Under the pieces are notes generated by a model that was not told the origin of the DNA, ran no database searches, and was given only the letters and a program-made list of their open reading frames with translations. Source: Heteronotia binoei (taxonomy: Eukaryota). Taken from it: DNA of 64,000 bases. Made by a program: the position numbers and the translations under genes. How positions within the stretch are numbered: position 1 is the stretch's first letter; each line of letters opens with the position of its first letter. Shown here in pieces: positions 37,956-50,924 of the stretch. The stretch lies in contig NC_083225.1 of the NCBI RefSeq assembly GCF_032191835.1, forward strand, positions 149,730,001-149,794,000, read 5' to 3'.

Positions 37956-39362
37956 GTGGATCTTCTAACAAAAATCTGTAATCTTTCATTGAAATCTGCC
38001 TCCGTTCCTGAGGACTGGAAGGTAGCAAATGTCACCCCCATCTTTAAAAAGGGTTCCAGAGGAGATCCGGGAAATTACAGGCCAGTCAGTCTGACTTCAA
38101 TACCGGGAAAGTTGGTAGAAACCATTATCAAGGACAGAATGAGTAGGCACATTGATGAACACGGGTTATTGAGGAAGACTCAGCATGGGTTCTGCAAGGG
38201 AAGATCTTGCCTCACTAACCTGTTACATTTCTTTGAGGGGGTGAACAAACATGTGGACAAAGGAGACCCGATAGATGTTGTTTACCTTGACTTCCAGAAA
38301 GCTTTTGATAAAGTTCCTCATCAAAGGCTCCTTAGAAAGCTTGAGAGTCATGGAGTAAAAGGAAAGGTCCTCTTGTGGATCAAAAACTGGCTGAGTAATA
38401 GGAAGCAGAGAGTGAGTATAAATGGGCAGTCTTCGCAGTGGAGGACGGTAAGCAGTGGGGTGCCGCAGGGCTCGGTACTGGGTCCCATCCTCTTTAACTT
38501 GTTCATAAATGATTTAGAGTTGGGAGTGAGCAGTGAAGTGGCCAAATTTGCGGATGACACTAAATTGTTCAGGGTGGTGAGAACCAGAGAGGATTGTGAG
38601 GAACTCCAAAGGGATCTGTTGAGGCTGGGTGAGTGGGCGTCAACGTGGCAGATGCGGTTCAATGTGGCCAAGTGCAAAGTAATGCACATTGGGGCCAAGA
38701 ATCCCAGCTACAAATACAAGTTGATGGGGTGTGAACTGGCAGAGACAGACCAAGAGAGAGATCTTGGGGTCATGGTAGATAATTCACTGAAAATGTCAAG
38801 ACAGTGTGCGTTTGCAATAAAAAAGGCCAACGCCATGCTGGGAATTATTAGGAAGGGAATTGAAAACAAATCAGCCAGTATCATAATGCCTCTGTATAAA
38901 TCGATGGTGCGGTCTCATTTGGAGTACTGTGTGCAGTTCTGGTCGCCGCACCTCAAAAAGGATATTATAGCATTGGAGAAAGTTCAGAAAAGGGCAACTA
39001 AAATGATTAAAGGGCTGGAACACCTTCCCTATGAAGAAAGGTTGAAACGCTTAGGGCTCTTTAGCTTGGAGAAACGTCGACTGAGGGGTGACATGATAGA
39101 AGTTTACAAGATAATGCATGGGATGGAGAAAGTAGAGAAAGAAGTACTTTTCTCCCTTTCTCACAATACAAGAACTCGTGGGCATTCGATGAAATTGCTG
39201 AGCAGACAGGTTAAAACGGATAAAAGGAAGTACTTTTTCACCCAAAGGGTGATTAACATGTGGAATTCACTGCCACAGGAGGTGGTGGTGTCCACAAGCA
39301 TAGCCACCTTCAAGAAGGGGTTAGATAAAAATATGGAGCAGAGGTCCATCAGTGGCTATTAG
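37956..39362 (+). CDS. CR1 ORF2 reverse transcriptase, 5'-truncated (468 aa open)
   Basis: NYRPVSLTS, QHGF, YLDFQKAFDKVPH, GVPQGSVLGP, FADD, DLGV, YCVQFWSP, EKRRLRGD motifs. Not a host gene. Confidence 0.93.
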   Translation: MDLLTKICNLSLKSASVPEDWKVANVTPIFKKGSRGDPGNYRPVSLTSIPGKLVETIIKDRMSRHIDEHGLLRKTQHGFCKGRSCLTNLLHFFEGVNKHVDKGDPIDVVYLDFQKAFDKVPHQRLLRKLESHGVKGKVLLWIKNWLSNRKQRVSINGQSSQWRTVSSGVPQGSVLGPILFNLFINDLELGVSSEVAKFADDTKLFRVVRTREDCEELQRDLLRLGEWASTWQMRFNVAKCKVMHIGAKNPSYKYKLMGCELAETDQERDLGVMVDNSLKMSRQCAFAIKKANAMLGIIRKGIENKSASIIMPLYKSMVRSHLEYCVQFWSPHLKKDIIALEKVQKRATKMIKGLEHLPYEERLKRLGLFSLEKRRLRGDMIEVYKIMHGMEKVEKEVLFSLSHNTRTRGHSMKLLSRQVKTDKRKYFFTQRVINMWNSLPQEVVVSTSIATFKKGLDKNMEQRSISGY

Positions 39363-39367
39363 CCACA

Positions 39368-39368
<1 letters not shown>

Positions 39369-39413
<45 letters not shown>
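39369..39413. repeat. (TG)n(TA)n microsatellite inside the CR1 3' UTR
   Basis: Direct reading. Confidence 0.95.
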
Positions 39414-39416
<3 letters not shown>

Positions 39417-42400
39417 GCCGCTGTGTGACACAGAATGTTGGACTGGATGGGCCATTGGCCTGATCTAACATGGCTTCTCTTATGTTCTTATGTTCTTATT
39501 TCCAACATTAAAATGAATTGCATCTTTGATATTAAATTTCAGAATTGCCATTTCAGTTAACTTCTCCCTACATTTTCTGTATTTGTGTAATTAAACAATA
39601 ATCCTAATAGTCCACAATCATATCTGAAAGTAGATTTGTAGAAGTAGAATGTCTAGAACAACTAAAACAAAGGAACTTTTGTGAAGAAGATCTTGAGTGA
39701 ACATGTCTTTTAACATTTGTTTTGAGAGGGGTTAACTTCAATACTTAACTCAGGTGGTCTGAGATTTCAGTAATTTGAAGGACTAGTTAAAGCATATGCA
39801 ATAAAGTTATTCCAGAAGCCACAGAAACATAGATGAAAAGTGTTATATGAAGTCATTTTACTTTAAAATTATAGCATCATGATGTTTCACTTCCATGAAA
39901 GTTATGCAGTGATGCTTCTGGACAGATATATATTTACTATTTTTATTTATTTTTCTTAATTTATACCCTGCTTTTCTTCTCAATGGGGACCCACAGTGGC
40001 TTATAACATTTACCTCCCCTCCATTTTATCTTCCCAACGGTCCCAGGTTTGACTGGTCCAAGGTTGCCGAGCAGGCTTCCATGGCAGAGTGGGAATTTGA
40101 ACCTGGGTCTCCTAGATCCTATTCTGACACTCTAACTACTACACCATGATGACCCTCAGTTTACTTGGCTTAACACTACACCATGATGACTCTCACTTTA
40201 CTATGCTTAACAATCCCCTCCCTTCAGTCCCCTGCCCATGGTCATTTGAGAAAAAATGGAGGGGGTGTCGATTGTGATGCTCTAGGAATTTCCACTAATC
40301 TCTGTGGTAAAGTATTGTCCATCTGCCCTGCACCTGGAAGTGACATCACATCATCCATGCTGCTCTTGAAATCCTAGAGTATAATTTGGAATTGATGTCA
40401 TATTCCTTCAAAACATCATCCTTCCAATAGATCAAAGTAGGACCTACACGGCTGCCCACCTAGATCTGTTATCCTTCCAAGTCACCACTCCAAAAATCTC
40501 ATGTCATTTTCTAGCACAGAACTGGCAACCCTAGACAGTTCTAGAGGTTTTGATGTAGCCAATGATTAATATGCTTATGAAACCTAAGATAGCTAGAAGT
40601 AAAATCTGCAGTACTTCATCCAACAGATAATTTAATAAAGAAGAAATGAGTGTTGCTTAAATGTTAAAACCAAGATCTAATTGCAGTGCAGTAGCAATCT
40701 TCATTCTTTTTATTACATTTACATATTACCTTGTAGCTAACAAGTTACAGTTCATCATTCAGAGGAGGGGTGTGTTTGTGTGTTGATACTAAGCCAAATG
40801 CTTTTACTGTTCAAACATAAAATACTTGGTAAGTCAAAAGTAAGAATTGGCCATCATCCATAAGTTCTCTCCCTTTCTGCAGATGCACTCGGGCATACCC
40901 ACTACTACTCATGTATGTATTTGAGGAAGAGCTGTAGCTCAGCACTGCAACACGTACTGTGCATGCAAAAGATCAATTCCTAGTATTTCCACTAAAGGCT
41001 CGGGTAGTTGGTGATATTAAAGACCTCTACTTGAGGCACTAGGAAACTTCAGCCTATCAGAATAGATAATATCCAGCATGACAGATCAGTTATTTGACTC
41101 AATATAAGGCAGGATACTAAAACAGATCTGAAAATAGGAAGTTTATGTTTATTTTCCACGTCTTCCATGTATTTGTCTTATCCAAGTGCTAATTACTTTT
41201 TATTCTTTAACTCTAAGGAAGAGAAGAGGGGTGGTTATAATTTGTGGAACAGCCCCTCTAATATCTCTTCATGGTTTGTTCCTATGTACTTGGAGCATGG
41301 AGCTCATGACCAGGGAAGACATTCTTGGTGAATGAAGAGACGATGATAGGTGTAGCATGGCATCTTTGGGAACCATGACATCACTGACAAGTTTCATTGC
41401 TTCCTCAACAAATAATCTTTTTCAAAGAAAAAAGCCAGTTATGGCTTTCCTCCATCTCATTGGAACAGGAGGCATTGCTGTAATATATGCCAGGGAAAAT
41501 AGATTCAGAAGTTCGCTGGTGACTTCTCTCAGCCTAACCTACTCTCAGCCTAACCTACTTTATAGGGTTATTGTGAGGATAAAATGGAATAGAAGAATGA
41601 TAGAAGCTACTGTGGGTCCCCTTTGGGGAGAAAGACAAAGTATAAATGAATTAAATAAATCAATTTTATAAGACAACAGCTGATTCTCATCTGACACTCA
41701 TCATTCCTCTAGTTCTCTGTGAATCGCACAGAGATCTCACAGGACCTCAGGAGGGAAAAGGACAGGGTCAGTCTCTTACTGCACAAAGTACTGGTCAAAG
41801 TTGAACAAGACTTCCAAAGTCCTATGGCACATGTAGATGACTGAGGAAGGAGTAGGATCTCTGCCATTTAGCTTCAGGCTTCAGCTATGTGAGTCTCTAT
41901 TGTTGCTACCACATCTTCCCCATTGCTTCACAAGCACTGGAGAACTGTACAAGGGTCTTTGACTCCTTTTTTTGGTCTACAAACCCTGAATGGGGTGAGA
42001 GAAAATGCTGTTCATTGATTCCAGCTTCTCTGTACATGTCACAAATGCTGCTTCTTTCTTTTGCAAAAGCATTGTATGCAGTAGGATAAGATACAGCCTC
42101 TCCCCCCAAGTTCCTCTGGCATGCACACAGGAAGAAGAGGAGTCCATGATGATGCAAAACAGTTATGGGCTAATGCACCATATCTGCTGGTCAAGATGCA
42201 CTCCAACAGGCAAAATGTCCAAACAAGACAAATACTCTAGTGTCTCTGTGGAGACTACATGTGCCTGAGTTTGGTTGGTTATAGCAGAAACCATGTGATT
42301 TCCCAAGCCAGTGCTGGCTTGTTTCTCCAGACGTAGAGACTGTAAAAACTAATTTCTTTGGGTATGAAAACTCAATATGTACATTCCATGTAACCGTGTT

Positions 42401-43274
42401 TCTCAAAGTTGATTTCCTTTATATGTGAAGAATAGAGTTTGATGCATAAAAGGCATGCTGATGTCTGATTTTTGTACTAAGGAGCTTGTCTGGAATTGCT
42501 TTTGGGTGTACATAAAGGGTTCATTAGGCTTAGGCTCCTGTTAATTTATTTTCTTTTTAATTGATGGCATCAATTTGTTACAGCTTTTTTGAAGCAATGC
42601 CCTTAGAAATTCACTCTGTCTTGAATCAACTTAGCTTGATAAACAACAAGAAATGGTTTAAGGCTAACTGTGCAAAGATAAATTATGATGACATATAATT
42701 GGGGGATTTTCTTATTTATGGCATCTGACAATCTACATTGACAAATGATTGCATTGCATTAGTATACTGCATTGGGAACATGCTGAAGTGACATTTTTGC
42801 TGTGAGATAACCTACAATGTGGTTTGAAACAATTGAAATTTTATTATATTAAACAGTGATGCGTGAACAGACCTTCCAATTTTACCAGTGTCAGTATTGT
42901 GCACTGTTATGCTAGTATTTGATAGTACATGTTCCCTCTTTGAACCCAGCATGAAGACAGAATACTGTTGTTTGTGATGGACATATAAGGTGCTGTTGAA
43001 TATCTAGTAAAACTTAGAATATTAAGTATAAACCATGACAGAACTTTTTTAAGTTCATCACTTCTCATGTATGTGCTTGAGAACAAATGTGTTCTCTCTG
43101 TAAGTATTAGGAATGTCAGCTAAAGGCAGAAAAAGAAAATGAGAGAAGAATTGAAGCTGCAGATATGGAATTGGTTCATGAAATGGTTTGCTTCCAGGGA
43201 GTATTATACATTTTTTTAAAACGCCCTTTTATTTTAAAATAATTTCCTAATTTTTATTTTTATTTTATTATATT

Positions 43275-43469
43275 CAGGGCTTTTTTTGAGCAGGAACGCA
43301 CAGGAATGCAGTTCCGGCTGGCTTGGTGCCAGGCGGTGTGGCCTAATATGCAAATAAGGTCCTGAGCTTTTTCTACAAAAAGCCCTATATGAAGCAATGG
43401 TGGTGTCATGGGGTGTGACCTAATATGCAAATAAGTTCCTGCTGGCCTTTTTCTATAAAGAAACCCCTG
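43275..43469. mobile_element. Composite hAT MITE, 195 bp
   Basis: TIR cagggcttttt / aaacccctg, perfect 8-bp TSD attatatt (43267-43274, 43470-43477) and an internal second end tacaaaaagccct. Confidence 0.9.
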
Positions 43470-46400
43470 ATTATATTTGTATCCCACCCTCCTCTAACAG
43501 GCTCAGTGGGTCACTCTCCAACTTCTGTCCCCCCCCCACCTAGTGTGAAGAGAAATATCGGCCTCTAGGCTCTCTTCTGCAGCTTTTCTTTTGGTTTTCT
43601 TGTCTGTTCTAGCTGAATGGAGATGACTAGTGTCCAAGTGTTAATTTACCCACAGTGTAATCTGCAAAATGGTTAGAACATCCTGCCAAGTGGTGTGGAA
43701 AAATTTGTCTCATCCCTCTGACCCACAGCAGAAACCATATCACTTGAGCTGATATCACTGACAAGACAACTGGCTTATCCTGTGGGTGGTAAGTGGTCAT
43801 GTGTTCACCCTCTCCCAAGGTATTTCTAAACTCTGTGATATTCCTGACTCTTACAAAAGATTCTTATGATGAAACCGACTCCCTCCACCATACACAGTAT
43901 TTACTCAGAGAGTAGGCATTTTGGATATCTTGACAGCTGGCCCACTGCATGCTTATTAGATGCTCCTTTACTGTCCACTCCACTTCCTCATCTTCCCAGC
44001 CATCTTTGTACCCTTCCCAGCACCAAATTCTGTCCCTTCTCTGAGCCCCAGCCTCTCCAGATTAGAGCTCTCCAGGGACCTTGTCTTTTGAGAAGAGGAA
44101 AGAAAAAGAAAAGGGAGGGGAAAAAAAGAAAGAGAGGGAACAGAAGAATGAAAACAGACCCAAGGGGCAATAGTCCCTCGAGCCATCTCACTGCATTACA
44201 ATGAATATGGACTCTATTAAGCTCCGTTCTGCCTGTTAGCGTTTCCCAGGGCAACACAGCTCCCATATGGAAAGCATGCAGCAGATTAGGGTAGGCCTCT
44301 AGGCCTCATTGAAGACCTGAGGCTTGACTGGCAGTTGAACTCCCTCCCCCCTTCTCCTCACACTTGACACTGCCTGTGTTTATCTAAAGCGGGGTGGGGG
44401 GGCTGCATTTGGAAGGTTATTGTCCCGGGCAATGAGAGTTAGGAGAAGGGGAATAACTGAGTCAGGCTGGGAAGGAAGAAGGAACATGGAAGGGAGTAGG
44501 ATCCTATGACTAAAGAAGGGAAAGAGGGAGGTGAGGTGTAAAAGGGGATAGGAAAGGGAGAAGGTTGGAAGGGGGGTGGCAAACACTTCATAAATATTCA
44601 GGAAGGATATTGAATAGAGAGAGGAGAAATAAAGCAGATGGAATTCATGTTAAAGAACAGCCACAATCACCCTCCAAAAACAAGAAAAGAAAAGAGAACT
44701 GCTTTAAAGGAGCATAGGGAGCGACGTTTATCCAATTAGCAGGGTTGTCAAATTGAATTTATACAGAATTGAAGGGGGGAGAGGAGTGAAAATTAAGTGC
44801 GTGGGGTTGTGGGGGGGGGCAATATATAGAAGAAAGGAAGTGGTTTTTTTCTTCCTTCCCACTTTAGCAAGATCTTATCCTTTACAGGGCTGAGGCTGTT
44901 TCCAGAGTGTGTGGGAGGCACAGCGTGAGGAGTAATGTGAAGATTCCCTTTTAGTGTGATGCTGTCTGCTGTTTTGATGGGAAGTCAGAATAAAGTAGCA
45001 GACATGAATGAAGCACAGCAAAAACATATTAACATGGCTTTTGATTTCAAAGTGTCTCAAAGTGTATCAAGTGAATTTGGAATTAGTATAGTGCTGTCCT
45101 AAGCAGAGTTGTACCCTTTTAAGGCTATTGACTTCAGTGGACTAAGAAGGATGTAACTCTTCTAGATACACAGAACTCCAATAGGGCAGCCTTTATGTAT
45201 ATAACTTCTTAGATTTATTCATTCCTTATTCTGGCAATAAGAATATGCTAAAGATTATATTCTATATCACTTGGAGTATCCCAGAGTTCCCATGTGTCAT
45301 GTTCTCATGGCAGAACAGAACCGAATAAGAAGTGGATGATCTAATGTTAGCTAAAAGTTTTATTCAAGATATAAGTCTTCATGTTCAAGCATGGTTCTTC
45401 AGATACTGACCAACATGGCTTACCTAACAATCTATTAGCAACAACTGTTAAGTAATTTGTGTGTATATTTTTGTTTTCCAGTGGCTCCTGAAGGGTTGTT
45501 AGAGAATTTTTAATTGCTTAATCCCTTTTAAGCAATTAATTGATCAATTCAGGTACATTTATATGTTAACACATCTTTCTTATAGGTGGTCTTTAGAGAC
45601 TTTGAAGAAAGTGTTAAAAGGTTATAATTTAATAACCAAAAATTATCATTTGCTATTATAAGTAATAGCTATTGATATAATTTTCTTCTTCAGCCCATAT
45701 TACAGAAATATACTAGAACCAAACATAGCTCAGAAAATAAAAATATACTTTAACTATCAGCTTCAACAATCAAAATTTATCTTCATTGACTGATCAAAGA
45801 ATAGAGTTCATTAAAGGTAGCAGTTTTTTTCAAGAACGTGTTATCTGCTTCCGTCAGCAAGACAGAGACTAAAGTTCTCTTTTTTAAAACTGAGTGATAA
45901 AGAAATACTATAGGAATCCCACAAAAAGCAATTAACAAGGGAAAGGTAGAGCCATACTTACTATTTCCAGTTTCATACTTTGTAATACTTTTGATGCTAT
46001 TATCTGTTTGTAAATGATCCATTGGGTGGGGGTTGTTGGATTCCTGTGAGGGAAACTCAGACCCAAGTTCCTAATCATTGGCATTGTGCAAGTCATTGTT
46101 TCTCAGCATAACCTACCTTACAGGGTTATTGAGAGGCTAGCTGCAATCCTAAGAAGTTGGCTTAGAAGGGTCCAACTCTGTTTAGGATTGCACTGTAAAA
46201 CACTTTTTCAGAAACGGGGGGATAGAAATTAAGCAAATATATAATGCATTGTAATCTTAATTGATTTGCAACTGACGTTTTGCTAATTTTAAATTATTTT
46301 GCTGAGAATCTCTACATTGATCTCTAGCCCCGTTTTTATCAAGATCTGTTTATCTCAAATATGCATGAACATAGATCAAGTTCTCTTAGTGCAGAAATAA

Positions 46401-46787
46401 ATGTTTCAACCCCTCTGGGAAAAATACAGTCATGAAAGCAAAATAACAAGAAGCAATAGGGTTTAAAATAAGTAAGCCCTTAGTTTAAGATTATACCAGG
46501 TATTTAAATCAATTTTCCCCATTTCTCAGTTTTTACATTTGTACTTTTGTTTCCTTTTACAATCCTCTTCCAGTGAGTGGTATATATGAGGCTGACATTG
46601 CAAAGGGGCCTGCTGCCTCAAGATTCCTCGTAAATGTCACTAAAGTAGAGAAGATAAATGGGTGGCTTTACACCCTTGGCCTGTGGTTTGTTAGGTTTTC
46701 CTTCTAGTGTTTTCACTCAGAAGGCTTATGACTAATTATGGGCATACCTTCCTTAAAAGCACTGTCCAGAATCCTGTTACTGGTAGA

Positions 46788-46906
46788 CAGGGGGTTTTTT
46801 GATTAAAAACACCCAGCAGGAACTCATTTTCATATTAGGCCACACCCCCTGACACCAAACCAGCCGGAACTGTGTTCCTGTGCGTTCCTGCTCAAAAAAA
46901 GCCTTG
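46788..46906. mobile_element. hAT MITE, 119 bp (cagggcttttt family)
   Basis: TIRs cagggggttttt / aaaaaaagccttg and perfect 8-bp TSD ctggtaga. Confidence 0.9.
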
Positions 46907-47385
46907 CTGGTAGAGAACATTTACAGGTGGAGGCTCATGTCCCCTTAACATTTACAGTGGGACTTAGCTGTTGGTTGGGGAGGAGCTTTAGTCAATACTC
47001 TAGCTTGCATAATGATTAGCCATGTCAAAATTTTCATAAGAGGATCAGCAGCTTGTTGCTGAGGGGGAGAAAACTTTATATAGTAAATGTGGAATATAGT
47101 TTAAACTTCTGCAGAAGATACAATTTATACTCCAACCAGTACAAAGTCAAGCATACTTTATTGTTTCACAGTACAATTAAAACTTACACTTCTGCTTAGC
47201 ACATTTTCATGATGTTCTCCTTTTGTTCTCCTGCACCAGTTTGGTCAGTTACTGTGGAAACTTTATATGGGCCGCTACTTTTCTAGAAGACAAAAGAGGA
47301 ACAAGAAATTGGGGGGACAAAATTAATAGGTATGCTTAGACTTTTAATTTTTTTGAAAACAACAGCAGCTGTAACTACATCCATA

Positions 47386-47684
47386 AAGGTAAACGTAGTC
47401 CCCTGTGCAAGCACCAGTTGTTTTCGACTCTGGGGTGACGTTGCTTTCACAACATTTTCACGGCAGACTTTTTATGGGGTGGTTTGCAATTGCCTTCCCC
47501 AGTCATCTACACTTTCCCCCCAGCAAGCTGGGTACTCATTTTACCGACCTCGGAAGGATGGAAGGCTGAGTCAACCTGAAGCCAGCTACCTGAACCAGCT
47601 TCCGCTGGGATCGAATTCAGGTCATGAGCAGAGGTCTCCGACTGCAGTACTGCAGCTTTACCACTCTGCGCCACGGGGCTCTTG
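47386..47684 (-). mobile_element. Sauria SINE (Squam1-like, RTE/BovB-mobilised)
   Basis: gctgggtactcattttaccgacctcggaaggatggaaggctgagtcaacct signature, (aaaggt)-type tail and 12-bp TSD actacatccata / actatatccata. Confidence 0.85.
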
Positions 47685-48352
47685 ACTATATCCATACCTG
47701 TACATTTTTCCAGTGAGTCAAGTATTAGCCTGCAGGGTTGTTTCAGGCCATGAAAATGGCATAGCAGGGGGGCGCGGTTTGCCTCCCCTGCAATTCTTCC
47801 TCCCTGCCAGCCCCCCAGTCCCTCACACAATGGTCCTGGCTTGAAATGGACCCCAGCACAGTAAAATTAAGAGGTATAGTTCTGAGGTTATGGAATGAAT
47901 TGTACCATTTCAGGCTGCAGGTGGAGGATACCATTCTGAGGTATAGTTCTGAGGTTATGGAATGAATTGTTGGCCAGACTTTGTTGTATGCAAGGAGAAC
48001 CCAAGAAGGAGAGCTTTGTTGAAGATGGAAAGTAGAACTCTGCCCTGGAATGTCTCAGTCCCATCCTTTGTAGGGAAGAGGATGTCATGTCACAATATCT
48101 TTGCCCCCTCCTTTGCTCTTTTGCACCCTTACTCTCCAAAATGCAGGTCTGCCTAGTTACTTGTTGGCATTTTGTTGCCTTTTTACCAGGCCCATCTGTT
48201 TCAACTGCCTCTGCTGTTTCACAGCCATTTCCCCTTATCTTGCAACACTAGTTGTTGGGAGATGAAGGAAGAGACTGACTTCACTGAGAGATTCAAGTAT
48301 GAATCACAGGTGTCAGATGGCACCAAACTACAGACAGTTCAGTACCATCCCA

Positions 48353-50620
48353 GTTGTGAGGAGAAAACTGAAAGGAAAGGAAAATAGGGTCAAAACCCTT
48401 GGGGAAGCTTGGAGGCTATTTAAAACTATGATCCTAGAAGGTCAGATAAAATATATACCACAAGTCAGGAAAGGCACAAATAGGTATAGAAAAATACCTG
48501 CATGGTTAACAGACAAAATAATGGAAGCTGTAAAAGGTAAGAAAGATTCCTTTAAGTGGTGAAAAGCTAGTCCAAGTGAGGTTAATAAAAGGGAACACAG
48601 GCTGTGGCAAAGCAAATGCAAGACTGTGATCAGGCAGGCAAAAAGGGACTATGAGGAGTATATTGCAAAAAACATAAAGACCAACAATAAACATTACTTC
48701 AAATACATTAGAAGCAGGAAACCAGCCAGGGAGGCAGTGGGGCACTTGGATGACCAAGGGGTAAAAGGATTACTGAAGGATGATAGGGAAATGGCTGAGA
48801 AGCTGAATGCATTTTTTGCCTCCATCTTCACTGTAGAAGATGAAAAGTGTTTGCCCAATCCAGAACCACTGATTTCAGGAGGGGTGTTGAAAGACCGGAG
48901 TCAGATTGAGGTCCTACAACTGATAGACAGTTTAAAAACTGATGTCACCAGGCCTGGAAGGCATACATCCAAGAGTGCTGAAAGAACTCAAAGGTGAAAT
49001 TGTGGATCTCCTGACAAAAATATGTAATCTTTCATTAAAATTTGCCTCTGTTCCTGAGGACTGGACGGTAGCTAATGTCACCCCCATCTTTAAAAAGGGT
49101 TCCAGAGGAGATCTGGGAAATTACAGGCCAGACAGTCTGACTTCAATACCAGGAAAGTTTGTGGAGACCATTATTAAAGAGAATTAGTAGGCACATTGAT
49201 AAACAAAAATGGTTGAGGAAGACTCAGCATGGGTTCTGTAAGAAAAGATCTTGTCTCACTAACCTGTTAGAGTTCTTTGAGGGGGTGAACAAACATGTGT
49301 ACCCAATAAATGTTGTTGGCCTTGACTTCCAGAAAGCTTTTGATAAAGTTCCTCAGCAAAGGCTCCTAAGTAAGCTCAAGAGCCATGGGATAAAAGGACA
49401 AGCCCTCTTGTGGATCAAAAATTGGCTAATTAATAGGAAACAAAGAGTGAGTATAAATGGGCAATTTTCGCAGTGGAGGGTGGTAAGCAGTGGCGTGCCG
49501 CAGGGCTCAGTACTGGGTCCTATACTTTTTAACTTGTTCATTAATGATTTAGAGTTGGAAGTAAGCAGTGAAGTGGCTAAGTTTGCAGGTGACATTAAAT
49601 TGTTCAGGGTGGTGAGAACCAGAGAGGATTGTGAGGCACTTCAAAGGGATCTGTCGAGGCTGGGCGAGTGGGCATCAATATGGCAAATGAGGTTCAGTGT
49701 GGCCAAGTGCAAAGTAATGCACATTGGGGCCAAAAATCCTAACTATAAATACAAGTTGATGGGGTGTGAACTGGAGGAGACTGATCAAGAGAGAGATTTT
49801 GGGGTTGTGGTAGATATCTCACTGAAAATGTAGAGACAGTGTGTGACTGCAATAAAAAAGGCCAGTGCTATGCTGGGAATTATTAGGAAAGGAATTGAAA
49901 ACAAAATCAGACAGTATCATAATGCCCCTGTATAAATCGATGGTGTGGTCTCATTTATACTGTGTATAATTCTGGTCACTGCACCTCAAAAAAGATATTC
50001 TAGCATTGGAAAAAGTGAAGAAATGGGCAACTAGAATGATTAAAGGGTTAGAACACTTTTCCTATGAAGAAAGGTTAAAATGCTTGGGGCTCTTTAGCCT
50101 GGAGAAACATCAACTGAGGGATGACATGATAGAGGTTTACAAGATTATGCATGGGATAGAGAAGGTAGAGAAAGAGGTAGTTTTCTCCCTTTCTCACAAT
50201 AAAAGAACTCGTGGGCACTCAATGAAATTGCGGAGCAGTTGGCTCAGAACGGATGAAAGGAAGTACTTCTTCACCCAACACACGTGGCATTAACTACCAC
50301 AGGAGGTGGTGGCAGCTACAAGCACAGCCAGCTTCAAGAGGGGATTGGATAAACATATGGAGCAGAGGTCCATCAGTGGCTATTATGGAGCAGAGGTCCA
50401 TCTGTGGCTATTAGCCACAGCGTATTGTTGGAACAGTCTGGGGCAAGTGTTGCTCTGTATTCTTGGTGCTTGGGAGGGGCAACAGTGTGAGGACTTCTAG
50501 TGTCCTGGCCCCACTGATGGACTTCCTGATGGCACCTGGGTTTTTTGGCCACTGTGTGACACAGAGTGTTGGACTGGATGGGCCATTGGCCTGATCCAAC
50601 ATGGCTTCTCTTATGTTCTT
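48353..50620 (+). mobile_element. CR1 LINE, 5'-truncated, frameshifted pseudogene
   Basis: ORF2 pieces 48299-48562, 48626-48997, 48942-49187, 49159-49833 and 50006-50293 (FADD mutated to FAGD), full 3' UTR, ttatgttcttat tail, possible TSD atccca. 28-bp tandem duplication at 50357-50412. Confidence 0.93.
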
Positions 50621-50761
50621 ATCCCAATATATGTGATTTATGCTTGAACTTCTCAGGGCCAGGGGAGGGTAGCCTTTATCTTTGGCCTTCTCAACAAGTC
50701 TGCTTTACACACACACACACATTTCTCATATGCGCTTCATTTCTAAACATAGGTTGCCCAG

Positions 50762-50906
50762 AGAAACTAAGCAGGGTTGGCCCTGGTTAGTATTTGGATG
50801 AGAGACACCAGGGAAGTCCAGGGTTGTGATGCATAGACAGGCAATGGTAGACCACCTCTGAACATTTCTTGCCTGGAAAACTTGTTGGCACTTTCCACCA
50901 CCACCA
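50762..50906 (+). mobile_element. 5S rRNA-derived SINE, truncated
   Basis: ctaagcagggttggccctggttagtatttggatg 5S internal-promoter-like segment and ggcactttccaccacc tail. Confidence 0.75.
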
Positions 50907-50924
50907 AACATAGCTTAAGAAATG

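Larger units (their letters stand above)
37954..39500 (+). mobile_element. CR1 LINE, 5'-truncated, young
   Basis: Uninterrupted RT ORF, CR1 3' UTR and (ttatgttc)n tail. Probable 6-bp TSD tccaac (37948-37953, 39501-39506). Confidence 0.95.

Noticed and set aside
8143-43792. GLI-like motifs (GACCACACG ~8145, TGGGTGGCT ~10324, TGGGTGGTA ~43782)
   Set aside because: I saw no perfect GACCACCCA, and near matches are expected many times by chance in this length.
47871-47970. CRISPR-like 33-bp repeat and 34-bp spacer
   Set aside because: Only two repeats, vertebrate intron, no cas genes.
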